DNA of 64,000 nt from the IMG/VR virus record IMGVR_UViG_3300037466_002336, positions 1 to 64,000 of that record; one strand, 5' to 3'. This document shows positions 10,025-19,238 of the stretch, in pieces. This stretch comes from a virus (taxonomy: Duplodnaviria > Caudoviricetes). How positions within the stretch are numbered: position 1 is the first letter of the stretch; the number at the start of each line of letters is the position of its first letter. The notes below the pieces were generated by a model, which was given only the letters and a program-made list of their open reading frames with translations, was not told the DNA's origin and ran no database searches. The position numbers and the translations under genes were made by a program.

Positions 10025-10740
10025 GCACCCGCCGCGAACGTCTGGAGCGCAAACTCGAGAAGCGCGAAGGGTGGGCCGACAGCCGTGAGGCGAAGTCGGA
10101 GGAGGCGTTCGACCGTGCCCACACGATCGCGGACGGTATTCCGCTCGGGCAGCCGATCCTCGTCGGTCACCACTCGCAGCGGCGGGCGGAACGCGACCAG
10201 CAGCGGATCGTGCAGGGGATGGCGGCCGGACACGAGCATGCGAAAGCCGCGGAGCACCATCGGGATAAGGCTGCCGGGCTGGAACGGCAGCTCGCGACGT
10301 CGGTGTTCTCCGACGACGCCGACGCGGTCGAGCGGCTGCAAGCACAGATCGTCGAGCTTGAGGCGGAGCGCGACCGGATCAAGGCGTACAACCAGTCGTG
10401 CCGGAAAGGTGCACCGGACGCGTCGGTGCTCGACGACAAGCAGCGCGACGAGGTGCTGTCGCTGGCCCGCATCGGGTTTCTGAAGGCCGACGGGCAGTTC
10501 CCCGGTTACGCGCTGTCGAACCTTGGCGCGACGATCCGCCAGAAGAAGCAGCGGGTCGAGCAGATCACACGGGACCGGGAACGGGTGGCGACAGGCGATC
10601 GCGGCCGCGGCAAGTCGATGCTGTCCCGGTACACGTCGACGTGCGCGGAGTGCGGCGAACCGATCAAGAGCGGCGACGCGATCATGTGGTTCCGGCTGAC
10701 CAAGGAAGCGGTGCACGTCGCGTGTGGGGGGCCGTCGTGA
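10021..10740 (+). CDS. DUF3560 domain protein with C-terminal Cys/His motif
   Basis: GIPLGQPILVGHHSQRR signature; YALSNLGATIR; CAECG...HVAC. Confidence 0.85.
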   Translation: MSTRRERLERKLEKREGWADSREAKSEEAFDRAHTIADGIPLGQPILVGHHSQRRAERDQQRIVQGMAAGHEHAKAAEHHRDKAAGLERQLATSVFSDDADAVERLQAQIVELEAERDRIKAYNQSCRKGAPDASVLDDKQRDEVLSLARIGFLKADGQFPGYALSNLGATIRQKKQRVEQITRDRERVATGDRGRGKSMLSRYTSTCAECGEPIKSGDAIMWFRLTKEAVHVACGGPS

Positions 10741-11122
10741 CCGGGCTGTCGCCGACGGAGCGGCTTGGGTTGAAGCGGCTGATCGACTCCGCGACCCGTG
10801 AACGGGTCGGGGACACCATCGGGCCGCCGGCCGACACGGAGCCGCCGCACAGCGGGTGCAGCTTGCACGCCGAGGCGGTCGTGCGGATGGAGCAGCGGTG
10901 GCCGTGCGCGCCGGACGAGCAGGAGCATCCCGCCGCGCTGGTGATGCTCGGCGCGTCGCTGGCTGTCGTGAACCACGTCGGCGGTGGGCTGCCGATGCCG
11001 TCGCGGCTGTGGGGGGACGCATGAGGCCGCTGCGCGGGCTTCGCCGGTGGACGGTGGCGCTGTTCACGTGCGGGCCGCGGTGGACGATCCGGCACCTCAA
11101 GCCGTTCGGCGGGCTGTGGTGA
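10737..11122 (+). CDS. two hypothetical ORFs (10737-11024, 11021-11122)
   Basis: Coupled starts and stops. Confidence 0.45.
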
Positions 11123-11146
11123 GCGGGTCACGCCGGGCGAAGTAGA

Positions 11147-11255
11147 CGCTTCCCATTTGTTCGGGTTCGGTGAAACCACACCAGGATAGGAGCAAAAACC
11201 ACCAGGGACGGTGAACATACAGGGCATGGCAATCGACCACCAGGAGGTAGTGGGC
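11147..11255 (+). promoter_or_regulatory. promoter family copy B plus GGAGGTAGTGG RBS
   Basis: GGAGCA-N18-GAACAT; near-copy of 6728-6806 in inverted orientation. Confidence 0.65.
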
Positions 11256-13076
11256 ATGACCTTCAAGCCGACGCTGGAGCAGCAGCGCGCGCTCGACCTT
11301 TTCGCGACCGGCGAGTCCCTCGTCATCGAGGCTGGTGCCGGAACCGGCAAGACCTCAACGCTGACGTTGCTCGCCGCAAGCACCGACCGCCGCGGCCAGT
11401 ACATCGCGTTCAACCGCGCGATCGTCAACGAGGCCGCCGAGAAGTTCCCCGGCACCGTCGCATGCTCGACCGCGCACAGCCTCGCGTTCCGTGCGGTCGG
11501 TCACGACTACGCGCACAGGATGCGCCGCAGCGCACGCATGCGCAGCATCGACATCGCGAACCGTCTCGGCATCGACGCGCTCAAGGTGACCGCGTTCGAC
11601 GGCGAGGAGAAGCTGCTGTCACAGAGCTTCCTCGCCGGGGTTGCGCTTCGCGCGGCGACCCGGTTCTGCCAGTCCGCCGACGCGAAGCCGGAGCTGCGGC
11701 ACGTGCCGTACATCGAAGGGCTCGACCCATCCGGCCCTGACGGCCGCCGCCGCATGGTGAACCGTGACGTCGCCCGCCACCTGCTCCCCGCAGTCACGAA
11801 GGTGTGGCAGGACTGGACGAGCGTGGAGGGCGGCCTGCCGTACCGCCACGACGCGTACCTGAAGCTGTGGCAGCTCTCGCAGCCGCGGATCGGCGCCGAC
11901 TACATCCTGTTCGACGAGGCGCAGGACGCGAACCCGGTGATGGTCGCGATCGTCGCCGCGCAGACGCACGCGCAGCTCGTGTGGGTCGGTGACAGCCAGC
12001 AGCAGATCTACGCGTTCACGGGGGCGGTCAACGCGCTCGCGCAGGTGCCCGCCGACCACCGCACGTTCCTGACGCAGAGCTTCCGGTTCGGCCCGGCGGT
12101 CGCCGAGGTCGCGAACACCGTCCTCGCGACGATCCCGGACGCGGAGCTGCGGCTGATCGGCACCGACACCGTCGCGTCGACCGTCGCCCCGGTCGCCGAG
12201 CCGGACGCGATCCTGACCCGCACGAACGCGGAGGCGATCCGCAACGCGCTCGAGGCGCTCCGCGACGGCAAGCGGGTGCACCTCGTCGGCGGCACCGACG
12301 AGATCACGAAGTTCGCCCGTGCGGCCCGCGACTTGATGCAGGGCGTCAAGGTCGACCATCCGGAGCTGGCGTGCTTCGACAACTGGTCGGAGGTGCAGGA
12401 GTACGTCGCCGACGACGAACAGGGCGGCGAGCTTCGGCTGATGGTGAAGCTGATCGACGAGTTCACCGTCGAGGTGATCCTGACGCAGCTCGCCGCGTTG
12501 GACCAGGACGAGTCGAAGGCCGACCTGGTCGTCAGCACCGCGCACAAGTCGAAGGGGCGCGAGTGGAACGCAGTGCAGCTCGGCACCGACTTCGAGGTGT
12601 ACCCGGAAGACGACAAGGCGGATGAGAAGCGGCTTCTGTATGTCGCCGTGACGCGCGCCCGTCGCGAGCTCGACATCACCGCGGTGCCGTTCTTCACCGG
12701 TGCGTCGCGTCCGGCCGCACCGGTCGTCGCGACAACCGAGAAGCTGGCGCGGGAGCATGTGGTGCCGGCGCGGGTGGAGCCGGTGAAGGCGCCGGTGTCG
12801 AAGCACATCGGCACGGTCGGTGGCACCGTCGAGTTCGACGGGACGGTGCAGGCGGTGCGCGGCCTCACCACCAAGTTCGGGTTCACGTATCTGACGACGT
12901 TCGTGGACGGCGACGGCAACGTGGTCAAGGCGTTCCTGTCCGAGGAGGAGCAGGAGGGTGAGCGGGTGCACGTCACCGGCCGGGTGAAGCAGCACGGCGA
13001 GTACCGCGGTGTGGCGGAGACAACGATCAACTACGCGCGGGTCGAGCAGGCCCGCACCGAGGAGGTGGCAGCGTGA
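11256..13076 (+). CDS. UvrD/Rep-like SF1 helicase with C-terminal OB-fold-like domain
   Basis: AGAGTGKT, LFDEAQD, VGDSQQQIYAF, LTQSFRFG, STAHKSKGREW, LYVAVTRAR. Confidence 0.9.
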   Translation: MTFKPTLEQQRALDLFATGESLVIEAGAGTGKTSTLTLLAASTDRRGQYIAFNRAIVNEAAEKFPGTVACSTAHSLAFRAVGHDYAHRMRRSARMRSIDIANRLGIDALKVTAFDGEEKLLSQSFLAGVALRAATRFCQSADAKPELRHVPYIEGLDPSGPDGRRRMVNRDVARHLLPAVTKVWQDWTSVEGGLPYRHDAYLKLWQLSQPRIGADYILFDEAQDANPVMVAIVAAQTHAQLVWVGDSQQQIYAFTGAVNALAQVPADHRTFLTQSFRFGPAVAEVANTVLATIPDAELRLIGTDTVASTVAPVAEPDAILTRTNAEAIRNALEALRDGKRVHLVGGTDEITKFARAARDLMQGVKVDHPELACFDNWSEVQEYVADDEQGGELRLMVKLIDEFTVEVILTQLAALDQDESKADLVVSTAHKSKGREWNAVQLGTDFEVYPEDDKADEKRLLYVAVTRARRELDITAVPFFTGASRPAAPVVATTEKLAREHVVPARVEPVKAPVSKHIGTVGGTVEFDGTVQAVRGLTTKFGFTYLTTFVDGDGNVVKAFLSEEEQEGERVHVTGRVKQHGEYRGVAETTINYARVEQARTEEVAA

Positions 13077-13360
13077 CCTACTCGACGCCGAACCGGCGGA
13101 CGGACGTGCCGTGGGACAGGGTGCCGGGGCCGGTGGTGAAGGTCGTCGAGGAGACGGCCGCCCGGCTTCGCGGAGCGACCCCCGACGACGAGGTGACCCG
13201 TGGCAAGGTCAGCGAGTCGTACAGCGTCTACCGGGTGGTGTTGTACGTGCGCCGGTCGGGTGCGGAACGGCCGACACACGCGGTGTCGGTGACGTGCAGC
13301 TACCACGGCCGCGACCCGCACCTTGTTGGTCGTGTGCGGGTCGGCGACAGGTGGGTGTAG
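13073..13360 (+). CDS. hypothetical protein
   Basis: Coupled to helicase stop. Confidence 0.6.
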   Translation: MTYSTPNRRTDVPWDRVPGPVVKVVEETAARLRGATPDDEVTRGKVSESYSVYRVVLYVRRSGAERPTHAVSVTCSYHGRDPHLVGRVRVGDRWV

Positions 13361-13464
13361 CGGGGGCGCTGTGGGGGCGCGTGCGTGGCGGAACGCGGCT
13401 CGGTCGGCTCCCGTTGCACGGCCGGGCCGTTTCCGTCGGTACGGGGCAGCACAGCGCGCCGCCT

Positions 13465-13575
13465 GTTCGGGTCTTGTGAAGATTGCACGTCTGGTAGAGC
13501 ATTTCCCACCAGGAGGGGTGAACGTATGGGCATCGGCCGTCAACGGGGCGGCCCGCACTAGGAGGCACGAGGCAC
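13465..13575 (+). promoter_or_regulatory. promoter family copy E and leader
   Basis: GTTCGGGTCTTGTGAAGATTGCAC...AGAGCA-N18-GAACGT; GCACTAGGAGGCACGAGGCAC before ATG. Confidence 0.6.
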
Positions 13576-13779
13576 ATGACGTACCAGGGAACCACCGGCA
13601 CCACCGACGAGCTGTTCTTCGATCTCGTCGACCTTCTCGGCCGCGACTACGTGTCCCCGGCCGACCACAAGCGCACCGGGTCGCTCGCACGCATCTGCGC
13701 CGGGCGGATGGGCACCTCAGTCGCGTCGGTGATGGCCGCCGCGCATGCCGAGCTCACGGACGAGGTGTACGCCGCCTAA
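13576..13779 (+). CDS. small hypothetical protein
   Basis: Own promoter, RBS and terminator. Confidence 0.65.
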   Translation: MTYQGTTGTTDELFFDLVDLLGRDYVSPADHKRTGSLARICAGRMGTSVASVMAAAHAELTDEVYAA

Positions 13780-13808
13780 CCACTGCACCCGACAACCCGC
13801 GAAACCGT

Positions 13809-13835
13809 TGAAGGGCCGCCATGTGCGGCCCTTCA
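13809..13835. terminator. hairpin terminator
   Basis: TGAAGGGCCGC-catgt-GCGGCCCTTCA. Confidence 0.65.
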
Positions 13836-13923
13836 CGTATCCGGGGGTTCCCTCCGGCCTGCCGGTGATGTACAACGGCACCCGATAGAACGTTCTTACA
13901 GCGATGCCGAGGGGGAGGTTTAC

Positions 13924-14370
13924 ATGCGCGTAGGGGTCACAGCGACGGCGGTGGCGGTGGTGGTTGCCGCAACGGCGTGTGCTACGGCGGGTGCGAAGGC
14001 GCCGAGCGCACGTAGCGTGGTGCTATCGCTCAGACATGCAGGCATGCCGGTAGCGGCGTACCGAACGTACACGGCGGCGACCGACCCGAACCACAGGCTC
14101 GGGCGGCCAGGCCAGTACACATCGAAGGCGAGCTGGCATGACCGTCGGGTGCCGGCGGTCAAAGGATTCGACGTCGACGGCGGCGGCTCCGTGGAGGTGT
14201 TCCGCACGACGTCGCAAGCGAAAGCGCGCATGCGCTACATCGAACGGTTCTCGAGCCTGTTCCCGGAGTACGACTACGTGCGCGGCGCAGTGCTGCTCAG
14301 GGTGTCGTCGACGTTGACACCTCGCCAGGCGCGCGGCTATCAGCGTGCGTTCGCGAAGGCGGTCAGGTAG
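13924..14370 (+). CDS. exported protein or lipoprotein
   Basis: Signal-like N-terminus with ATAC; TAATDPNHRLGRPGQYTSKA motif recalled from actinobacterial lipoproteins. Confidence 0.7.
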   Translation: MRVGVTATAVAVVVAATACATAGAKAPSARSVVLSLRHAGMPVAAYRTYTAATDPNHRLGRPGQYTSKASWHDRRVPAVKGFDVDGGGSVEVFRTTSQAKARMRYIERFSSLFPEYDYVRGAVLLRVSSTLTPRQARGYQRAFAKAVR

Positions 14371-14494
14371 AACGCACGCGAGGTTTCAACGGTCACGTAG
14401 ACCGGCTACACGTCACGTGGGCGCGCGGCGCGGGGGCGACAAACCTTCGTCGCGCGCCCATACTGCCGTCCGGCCGATGTTGCAGAATCCTACG

Positions 14495-14568
<74 letters not shown>

Positions 14569-14689
14569 CTACCTTAACGCGAGATGACACGCGAGGACCC
14601 GGAGAAGCGTGGGCGAGGAACCGGGGGCCGCTGACGGGTCGGTACGGTCAGGGCGCAGGCGGGCACGGCCAAACAGGTGCCCGAACTTC

Positions 14690-14764
14690 GCGCGTCTGAC
14701 GGGAACAGGCATACCTCGTCGGCTCAAACCCGACGGCTTCCAGGTTCGACTCCTGGGGCGCGCA
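14690..14764 (+). tRNA. tRNA-Leu(CAA) with short variable loop
   Basis: Acceptor GCGCGTC/GGCGCGC, GTCGG-CTCAAAC-CCGAC, CCAGG-TTCGACT-CCTGG, A73; weak D stem. Confidence 0.75.
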
Positions 14765-14849
14765 TAGACGGGTCGCACCCGTCGTGGTGTCCGGCGATTG
14801 CACGTAGGAGCCGTCCAGCCTTCAAATGGATCGGGGCAACGTGCCGTGT

Positions 14850-14920
14850 TCCGAGGTCGTCTAACGGCAGGATGGCGGGTCCTGACCCCGTCGATGAAGG
14901 TTCGAGTCCTTCCCTCGGAA
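14850..14920 (+). tRNA. tRNA-Gln(CTG)
   Basis: Acceptor TCCGAGG/CCTCGGA, GCGGG-TCCTGAC-CCCGT, GAAGG-TTCGAGT-CCTTC. Confidence 0.82.
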
Positions 14921-14922
14921 CT

Positions 14923-15001
14923 GCGGCGGTGCGTGTGCTGCAACCGGGGAAGGCGGTAACCAGCCCGTCGGTCAAGTCCAAGCCCGGCACGCGCCGCCGC
15001 A
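14923..15001 (+). ncRNA. candidate small structured RNA
   Basis: 13-bp terminal stem with 3' A overhang, inner CCGGG/CCCGG stem and two small hairpins. Confidence 0.45.
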
Positions 15002-15077
15002 GCGTGTAGGCCGACCGCCGCCGCGCGTACACTGATCGACGTCGGGGAGAGGCACCCCGTTAGTCGAGGTAGTGGGT

Positions 15078-16718
15078 ATGGCGAGCAGGCGGCAACGCCA
15101 GCGCAAGGCGGCACACAACACGGGCGTCAGCACCGCCACGGTGATGATCGACACGGAGCGCGCGCTCGCCGAGGTCGAGAAGTCCGGCCAGTCGAAGCAG
15201 CTTCGCAACACCGACGGGGACGCGTTCGCAGACCTGTACACCTCCGACAAGGCGGTGCGCCCGCCGATCGCGCTCGAGGCGCTCCTCACGTTGATGGAGA
15301 CAAACTCGACGCACTCCGGTGCGATCAACGCGAAGGCCGCCGACGCGGTCGGCCGCGGATGGCATCTCGAGACGGAGGACGACACCGAAGGCGGCGGGGA
15401 CGGCGCCACCGGCGGGGACACCGACACGACGGACGAGCCGCCGGCGCAGCCGCAGGATGTCAAGGACCCGGAGGTCGACAAGCCTGTCCAGCCGACCGGC
15501 GGCGTCGACGACCAGGCGCGCGCGGAGCGGAAGCTGCGCGACTGGCTTCGCGACGTGTGCCCGATGCTGAAGTTCCCGCAGCTCATCAGCCAGGCGTACC
15601 GTGAGTACGACGGCGTCGGGTGGGCGTTCATCGAGGTGGTCCGTGAAGGTACCGCCGTGACCTCGCCGATCTCTGAGCTGCTGCCGGTGCCGCCGCAGAC
15701 GATGCGCGCGACGAAGATCCCCGGCGTGTACGTGCAGCAGCGCGGCGACCAGCGCGTCTACTTCAAGGAGTTCGGGTTCGCCGAGTCGGTGTCAGCGAGG
15801 TACGGCACGAAGGACGCCAAAAGCGACGATGACGAAGCGAACGAGGTCATCGTGTTCAAGCAGTACAGCCCGCGCTCAGACCATTACGGGGTGCCGTACT
15901 GGATCAGCAGCGCACCGGACCTTGCCGAGCTTGCGGCGATCCGCGAGTACAACATCTCGTGGTTCTCGTCCGGCGGCAAGGTTGACCGGCTGGTGCATGT
16001 AACCGACGAGGACGAAGCGAACGCGAAGGCGACCGCCAACTCGATCACGAAGAAGATGGCGGAGTCGGCCAGGAAGTCGCACGGGCACGTGTCGGTGGTG
16101 ACGTGGGGCGGCGAGAAGTCGAAGGTGACCGTCGAAACGTTGGAGCCGAAGTCGAACGACGGCACCCGTGAGGGGGCGTTCAAGGCGGAACGGAAGGAGC
16201 TGCGCGCGCAGGTGCTCGTCGCGCACCAGGTGCCGCCGTACCGTGTCGGGTTCGCAGAGGTTGGCGCGTTGGCCGGGAACGCCGCGAAGGAGATGCTTGG
16301 CGCGTACCGGTTCGGCACCATCGAGCCGGGTCAGGAGACGTTCGAGGAGATCCTGGAGGACACGATCTTCAACGGCGAGCTCGGAGGCTACGACCTGGGC
16401 GGGTGGGCGTTCCGGTTCAACGACGTCGATTGGGAGGAGCTGGAGCGCGACATCGAGGCGGCAGCGAAGGCGGTCGACGCCGGCATGTGGACGCCGGACG
16501 AAGGACGGGAGGCGACCGGCAAAGAGCCGCTCGGCACCGAAGGCTCCGGCGGGCTGTACTACCAGGGCGCGCCGCTGCTCGGCAACGGACAGACAGTCGC
16601 GGAGATGGCGGCGGAGAAGGCTTCCGCCTTGGCGGTGCAGAAAGCGATGGACGTGGTGCAGGAAGTCCGCGACGCGCTGCTCGTGATCGCGAAGGGTCGC
16701 GAGCAGACCGACGGGTGA
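15078..16718 (+). CDS. portal protein (PBSX/HK97-like)
   Basis: INAKAADAVGRGW, GVGWAFIEVVR, HYGVPYW, VLVAHQVPP; GAGGTAGTGG RBS. Confidence 0.9.
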   Translation: MASRRQRQRKAAHNTGVSTATVMIDTERALAEVEKSGQSKQLRNTDGDAFADLYTSDKAVRPPIALEALLTLMETNSTHSGAINAKAADAVGRGWHLETEDDTEGGGDGATGGDTDTTDEPPAQPQDVKDPEVDKPVQPTGGVDDQARAERKLRDWLRDVCPMLKFPQLISQAYREYDGVGWAFIEVVREGTAVTSPISELLPVPPQTMRATKIPGVYVQQRGDQRVYFKEFGFAESVSARYGTKDAKSDDDEANEVIVFKQYSPRSDHYGVPYWISSAPDLAELAAIREYNISWFSSGGKVDRLVHVTDEDEANAKATANSITKKMAESARKSHGHVSVVTWGGEKSKVTVETLEPKSNDGTREGAFKAERKELRAQVLVAHQVPPYRVGFAEVGALAGNAAKEMLGAYRFGTIEPGQETFEEILEDTIFNGELGGYDLGGWAFRFNDVDWEELERDIEAAAKAVDAGMWTPDEGREATGKEPLGTEGSGGLYYQGAPLLGNGQTVAEMAAEKASALAVQKAMDVVQEVRDALLVIAKGREQTDG

Positions 16719-17394
16719 TGGTCGCGGGTCGTCCGATACGACGCCTCGTCGTCGAGCCTGTCCGTTACGTGACGGTCACGCCGCGGGTTGAGCCTGCGCC
16801 CGCGCCGGCGGTTGCGCCGGTGTTGAAGCAGCCGGTCGCGGTGTGAACGAGTACACGTTGCACGCGGCCGAAGGCACCATCGCGACGGTGTCGTTCGACA
16901 CGGAGACGCACACGCTCGTGTGTTGCGGCGAGATCGTTGGGGTGCGCGCAGCGATGCGTCAACTTCTTACGGTGCTGCTGCTGGCGGAACGGGAACCGGA
17001 CGTCAGCGACAGCCTCGCGTTCGAGTGCGCAGCCGCCCGGGCGATCCTGGCGGAACATCTGCCGAACGTCAACATTCCCGGGCCGCCCGACGGTATGTAG
17101 CTCATGGCGGCCCTGCCCAGGCTCGGCGAGGGTGAGGAGTACACGCTCGGCGGCGTCGGCTACCGGGTTGTGACCGACGCGAAGGTGCTCGCATGGCGAC
17201 AGCAGGAGTTCACACGGATGGGATTCGACGAGGGGCGCGCGAAGGCAATGTCGAGGTGGGCGGACGCAGACCTGCACACGGTCGCGCGATGGCTGGAGCG
17301 TGGCTGCACGCACGAGCAGGCGTTCAACATCGTCACGCCGGACATCGAGATTCCGACGCTCACAGACATCGACCTGTACGGGGCGGCCTCGTGA
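16718..17394 (+). CDS. three small hypothetical ORFs (16718-16846, 16843-17100, 17104-17394)
   Basis: Coupled frames between portal and head morphogenesis gene. Confidence 0.55.
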
Positions 17395-17909
17395 TCGTCC
17401 CTGACCTCATCGAACCGATCGTCGGCTGGCGTGTGTGGGTCGCCGAGGTCGCGTACACCTCTGACGGCGAGCTCGCGCTCGGGTTGAACAGCCTGTACTT
17501 CGCGTTGTGCTGGCCCGGCGACAGACCGGCGGTGGCACGATGCGAGCACTCGACGGTGGCACCGTGCGACGACGACGACCACCTGTGCGGCATCCACGCG
17601 GCGCCGACGCTCGAGCGTGCAGCCGCCTACCTGTCGAAGCGTGTTCGTGACCCGCACGAGTGGGCGCACCACTCCACACAGATCGTTGTCGGCACCGTCG
17701 AGCTGTGGGGCGACGTCGTCGAGCACGAGCACGGGTGGCGGGCGAAGTACGCGCGCCCGTCCGAGCTGTATGTGCCGTCGTTCTTCAAGGCGCGCGGTTA
17801 CGACATCTACGCGGGCGAGGCGCTTGGGATGTTGGAGCGCCACTACCAGGTGCGCACCCGCATGTTCCGGCATTGGTGGGACATAGCGCCGGCACAGGCG
17901 GCTGCGTGA
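17391..17909 (+). CDS. conserved phage hypothetical protein
   Basis: GWRVW...CGIHA...VGTVELWGDVVEHEHGWRAKYARP pattern. Confidence 0.7.
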   Translation: MIVPDLIEPIVGWRVWVAEVAYTSDGELALGLNSLYFALCWPGDRPAVARCEHSTVAPCDDDDHLCGIHAAPTLERAAAYLSKRVRDPHEWAHHSTQIVVGTVELWGDVVEHEHGWRAKYARPSELYVPSFFKARGYDIYAGEALGMLERHYQVRTRMFRHWWDIAPAQAAA

Positions 17910-18022
17910 CCGTCGACCGCAAGACGGTGAAGGGCGGGGGGAAGGGCTGGACGTGCGGCTGCCCGGCGTTGCAGCCCGCCCGCGTGTTGTTCTGCCCGAG
18001 ATGCGGGAAGGGCAGGCCGTGA
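17906..18022 (+). CDS. small zinc-ribbon peptide
   Basis: WTCGC...FCPRCG. Confidence 0.45.
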   Translation: MTVDRKTVKGGGKGWTCGCPALQPARVLFCPRCGKGRP

Positions 18023-18882
18023 ACGGCACCGTCTACCAGGACGCCCCCGGTGTGTGGGCCGAGTCGGTTGAGCGCACCGTCGCGTGGGCGCTCACCGGGG
18101 TGCTGTTGAAGCTGACGAAGGCTGACCCGGAACAGCCGCACATCGACGAGTGGGAGCAGACGCTGCATGACGCGCTGTACCAGCCGGTGCACGACTTCGA
18201 TTGGGAGGCGTGGTACACGAAACACGTCTCGGTGAAGCACGCGCGCTACGTGACGGTGGACGAGGCGCGCGCGGCCGGGCGCGAGGCGCTGGCCGCCGAC
18301 CCGCACTTCCTGCGACGCCGGCGGTTCGTTCGAGTCGTCAAGGACGACCGGCCGAACCTGCCTGACGACATCGCGAAGGCGTGGGAGGCGATCCCGAAGT
18401 CGATCCGCGATGAGCTGTGGAAGCAGGCGGGGCAGGTGCGGATGGACGAGGAAGGGTTGCCGTTCAACGACGACGAGTTGCAGGCCGGGCTCGACGCGGC
18501 GTTCAAGGACGTGTCAGGTGTGACCGACACCGCACGTGACGCGCTGCGCCGGATGATGAAGCTCGCCTATGACGAACGTGACGGGCACGAGGAGTTCGCG
18601 CGCACGATCCGCCGCGAGTTCGGTGAGTGGTCGACGGTGAAGGCGAAGCAGGTCGCGGTCACCGAGTGGGCGCGCGCGGCCGAGACAGCGACGTATCAGG
18701 CGTACAGCAAGCAGGGTGTGAAAACGAAGATCTGGTACACGCTCGGTGACGCGAGGGTGTGTTCGAGGTGCGAGGCGAACGCCGCCGACGGCGACATTCC
18801 GCTGAGCAGCTACTTCGATTCCGGTGACCTGTACCCGCCTGCGCACCCGTCGTGCCGGTGCTCGTTCGCCGGGGGAGTGTAA
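18019..18882 (+). CDS. head morphogenesis protein (SPP1 gp7 / Mu F-like)
   Basis: KIWYTLGDARVCSRC...PPAHPSCRC. Confidence 0.88.
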   Translation: MNGTVYQDAPGVWAESVERTVAWALTGVLLKLTKADPEQPHIDEWEQTLHDALYQPVHDFDWEAWYTKHVSVKHARYVTVDEARAAGREALAADPHFLRRRRFVRVVKDDRPNLPDDIAKAWEAIPKSIRDELWKQAGQVRMDEEGLPFNDDELQAGLDAAFKDVSGVTDTARDALRRMMKLAYDERDGHEEFARTIRREFGEWSTVKAKQVAVTEWARAAETATYQAYSKQGVKTKIWYTLGDARVCSRCEANAADGDIPLSSYFDSGDLYPPAHPSCRCSFAGGV

Positions 18883-18962
18883 GACGGGGATGCTGTCCGC
18901 CTAGAATGTGATCCTGTAGGTGTGCGCGCGAGGCACGCGCTCGAGACGTGAGGTAGTGGAAC

Positions 18963-19223
18963 ATGGCGGCGAAGGGTTACCGCGTGAACGTGACCGAGGC
19001 TGTGACGGAGGTCAGCTCCGAAGGCCAGTACGTGCGCGTGAAGAACAAGGGGGCGAACACCGTCGACCTTGGCGGCCCCGATGTCGCGTCGGGGGCGGGC
19101 TACGAGCTTGCCGCGAACGAGGTTGCCGAGTTCGATTGCACCATCGACCCGCTGTACGGCATCTGCGCGGCCGGGTTGAGCACCAGCATCGAGGTTCTCG
19201 GCGTCCGCCGGACCTACCGCTAG
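18963..19223 (+). CDS. putative small virion protein
   Basis: GAGGTAGTGG RBS; beta-rich. Confidence 0.6.
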   Translation: MAAKGYRVNVTEAVTEVSSEGQYVRVKNKGANTVDLGGPDVASGAGYELAANEVAEFDCTIDPLYGICAAGLSTSIEVLGVRRTYR

Positions 19224-19238
19224 AGCGAGGGACGAACG

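Noticed and set aside
14584-14634. Micro-ORF MTREDPEKRGRGTGGR between tRNAs
   Set aside because: No RBS; likely chance
14765-14849. Hairpin with CTTCAAA loop resembling a tRNA-Sec/opal anticodon arm
   Set aside because: Loop is 9 nt, and no T arm or acceptor 3' strand follows; cannot be built into a tRNA
14923-15001. Assignment as Y RNA (YrlA) or SRP RNA
   Set aside because: Arm order and conserved motifs do not match; no Ro60 gene in the window
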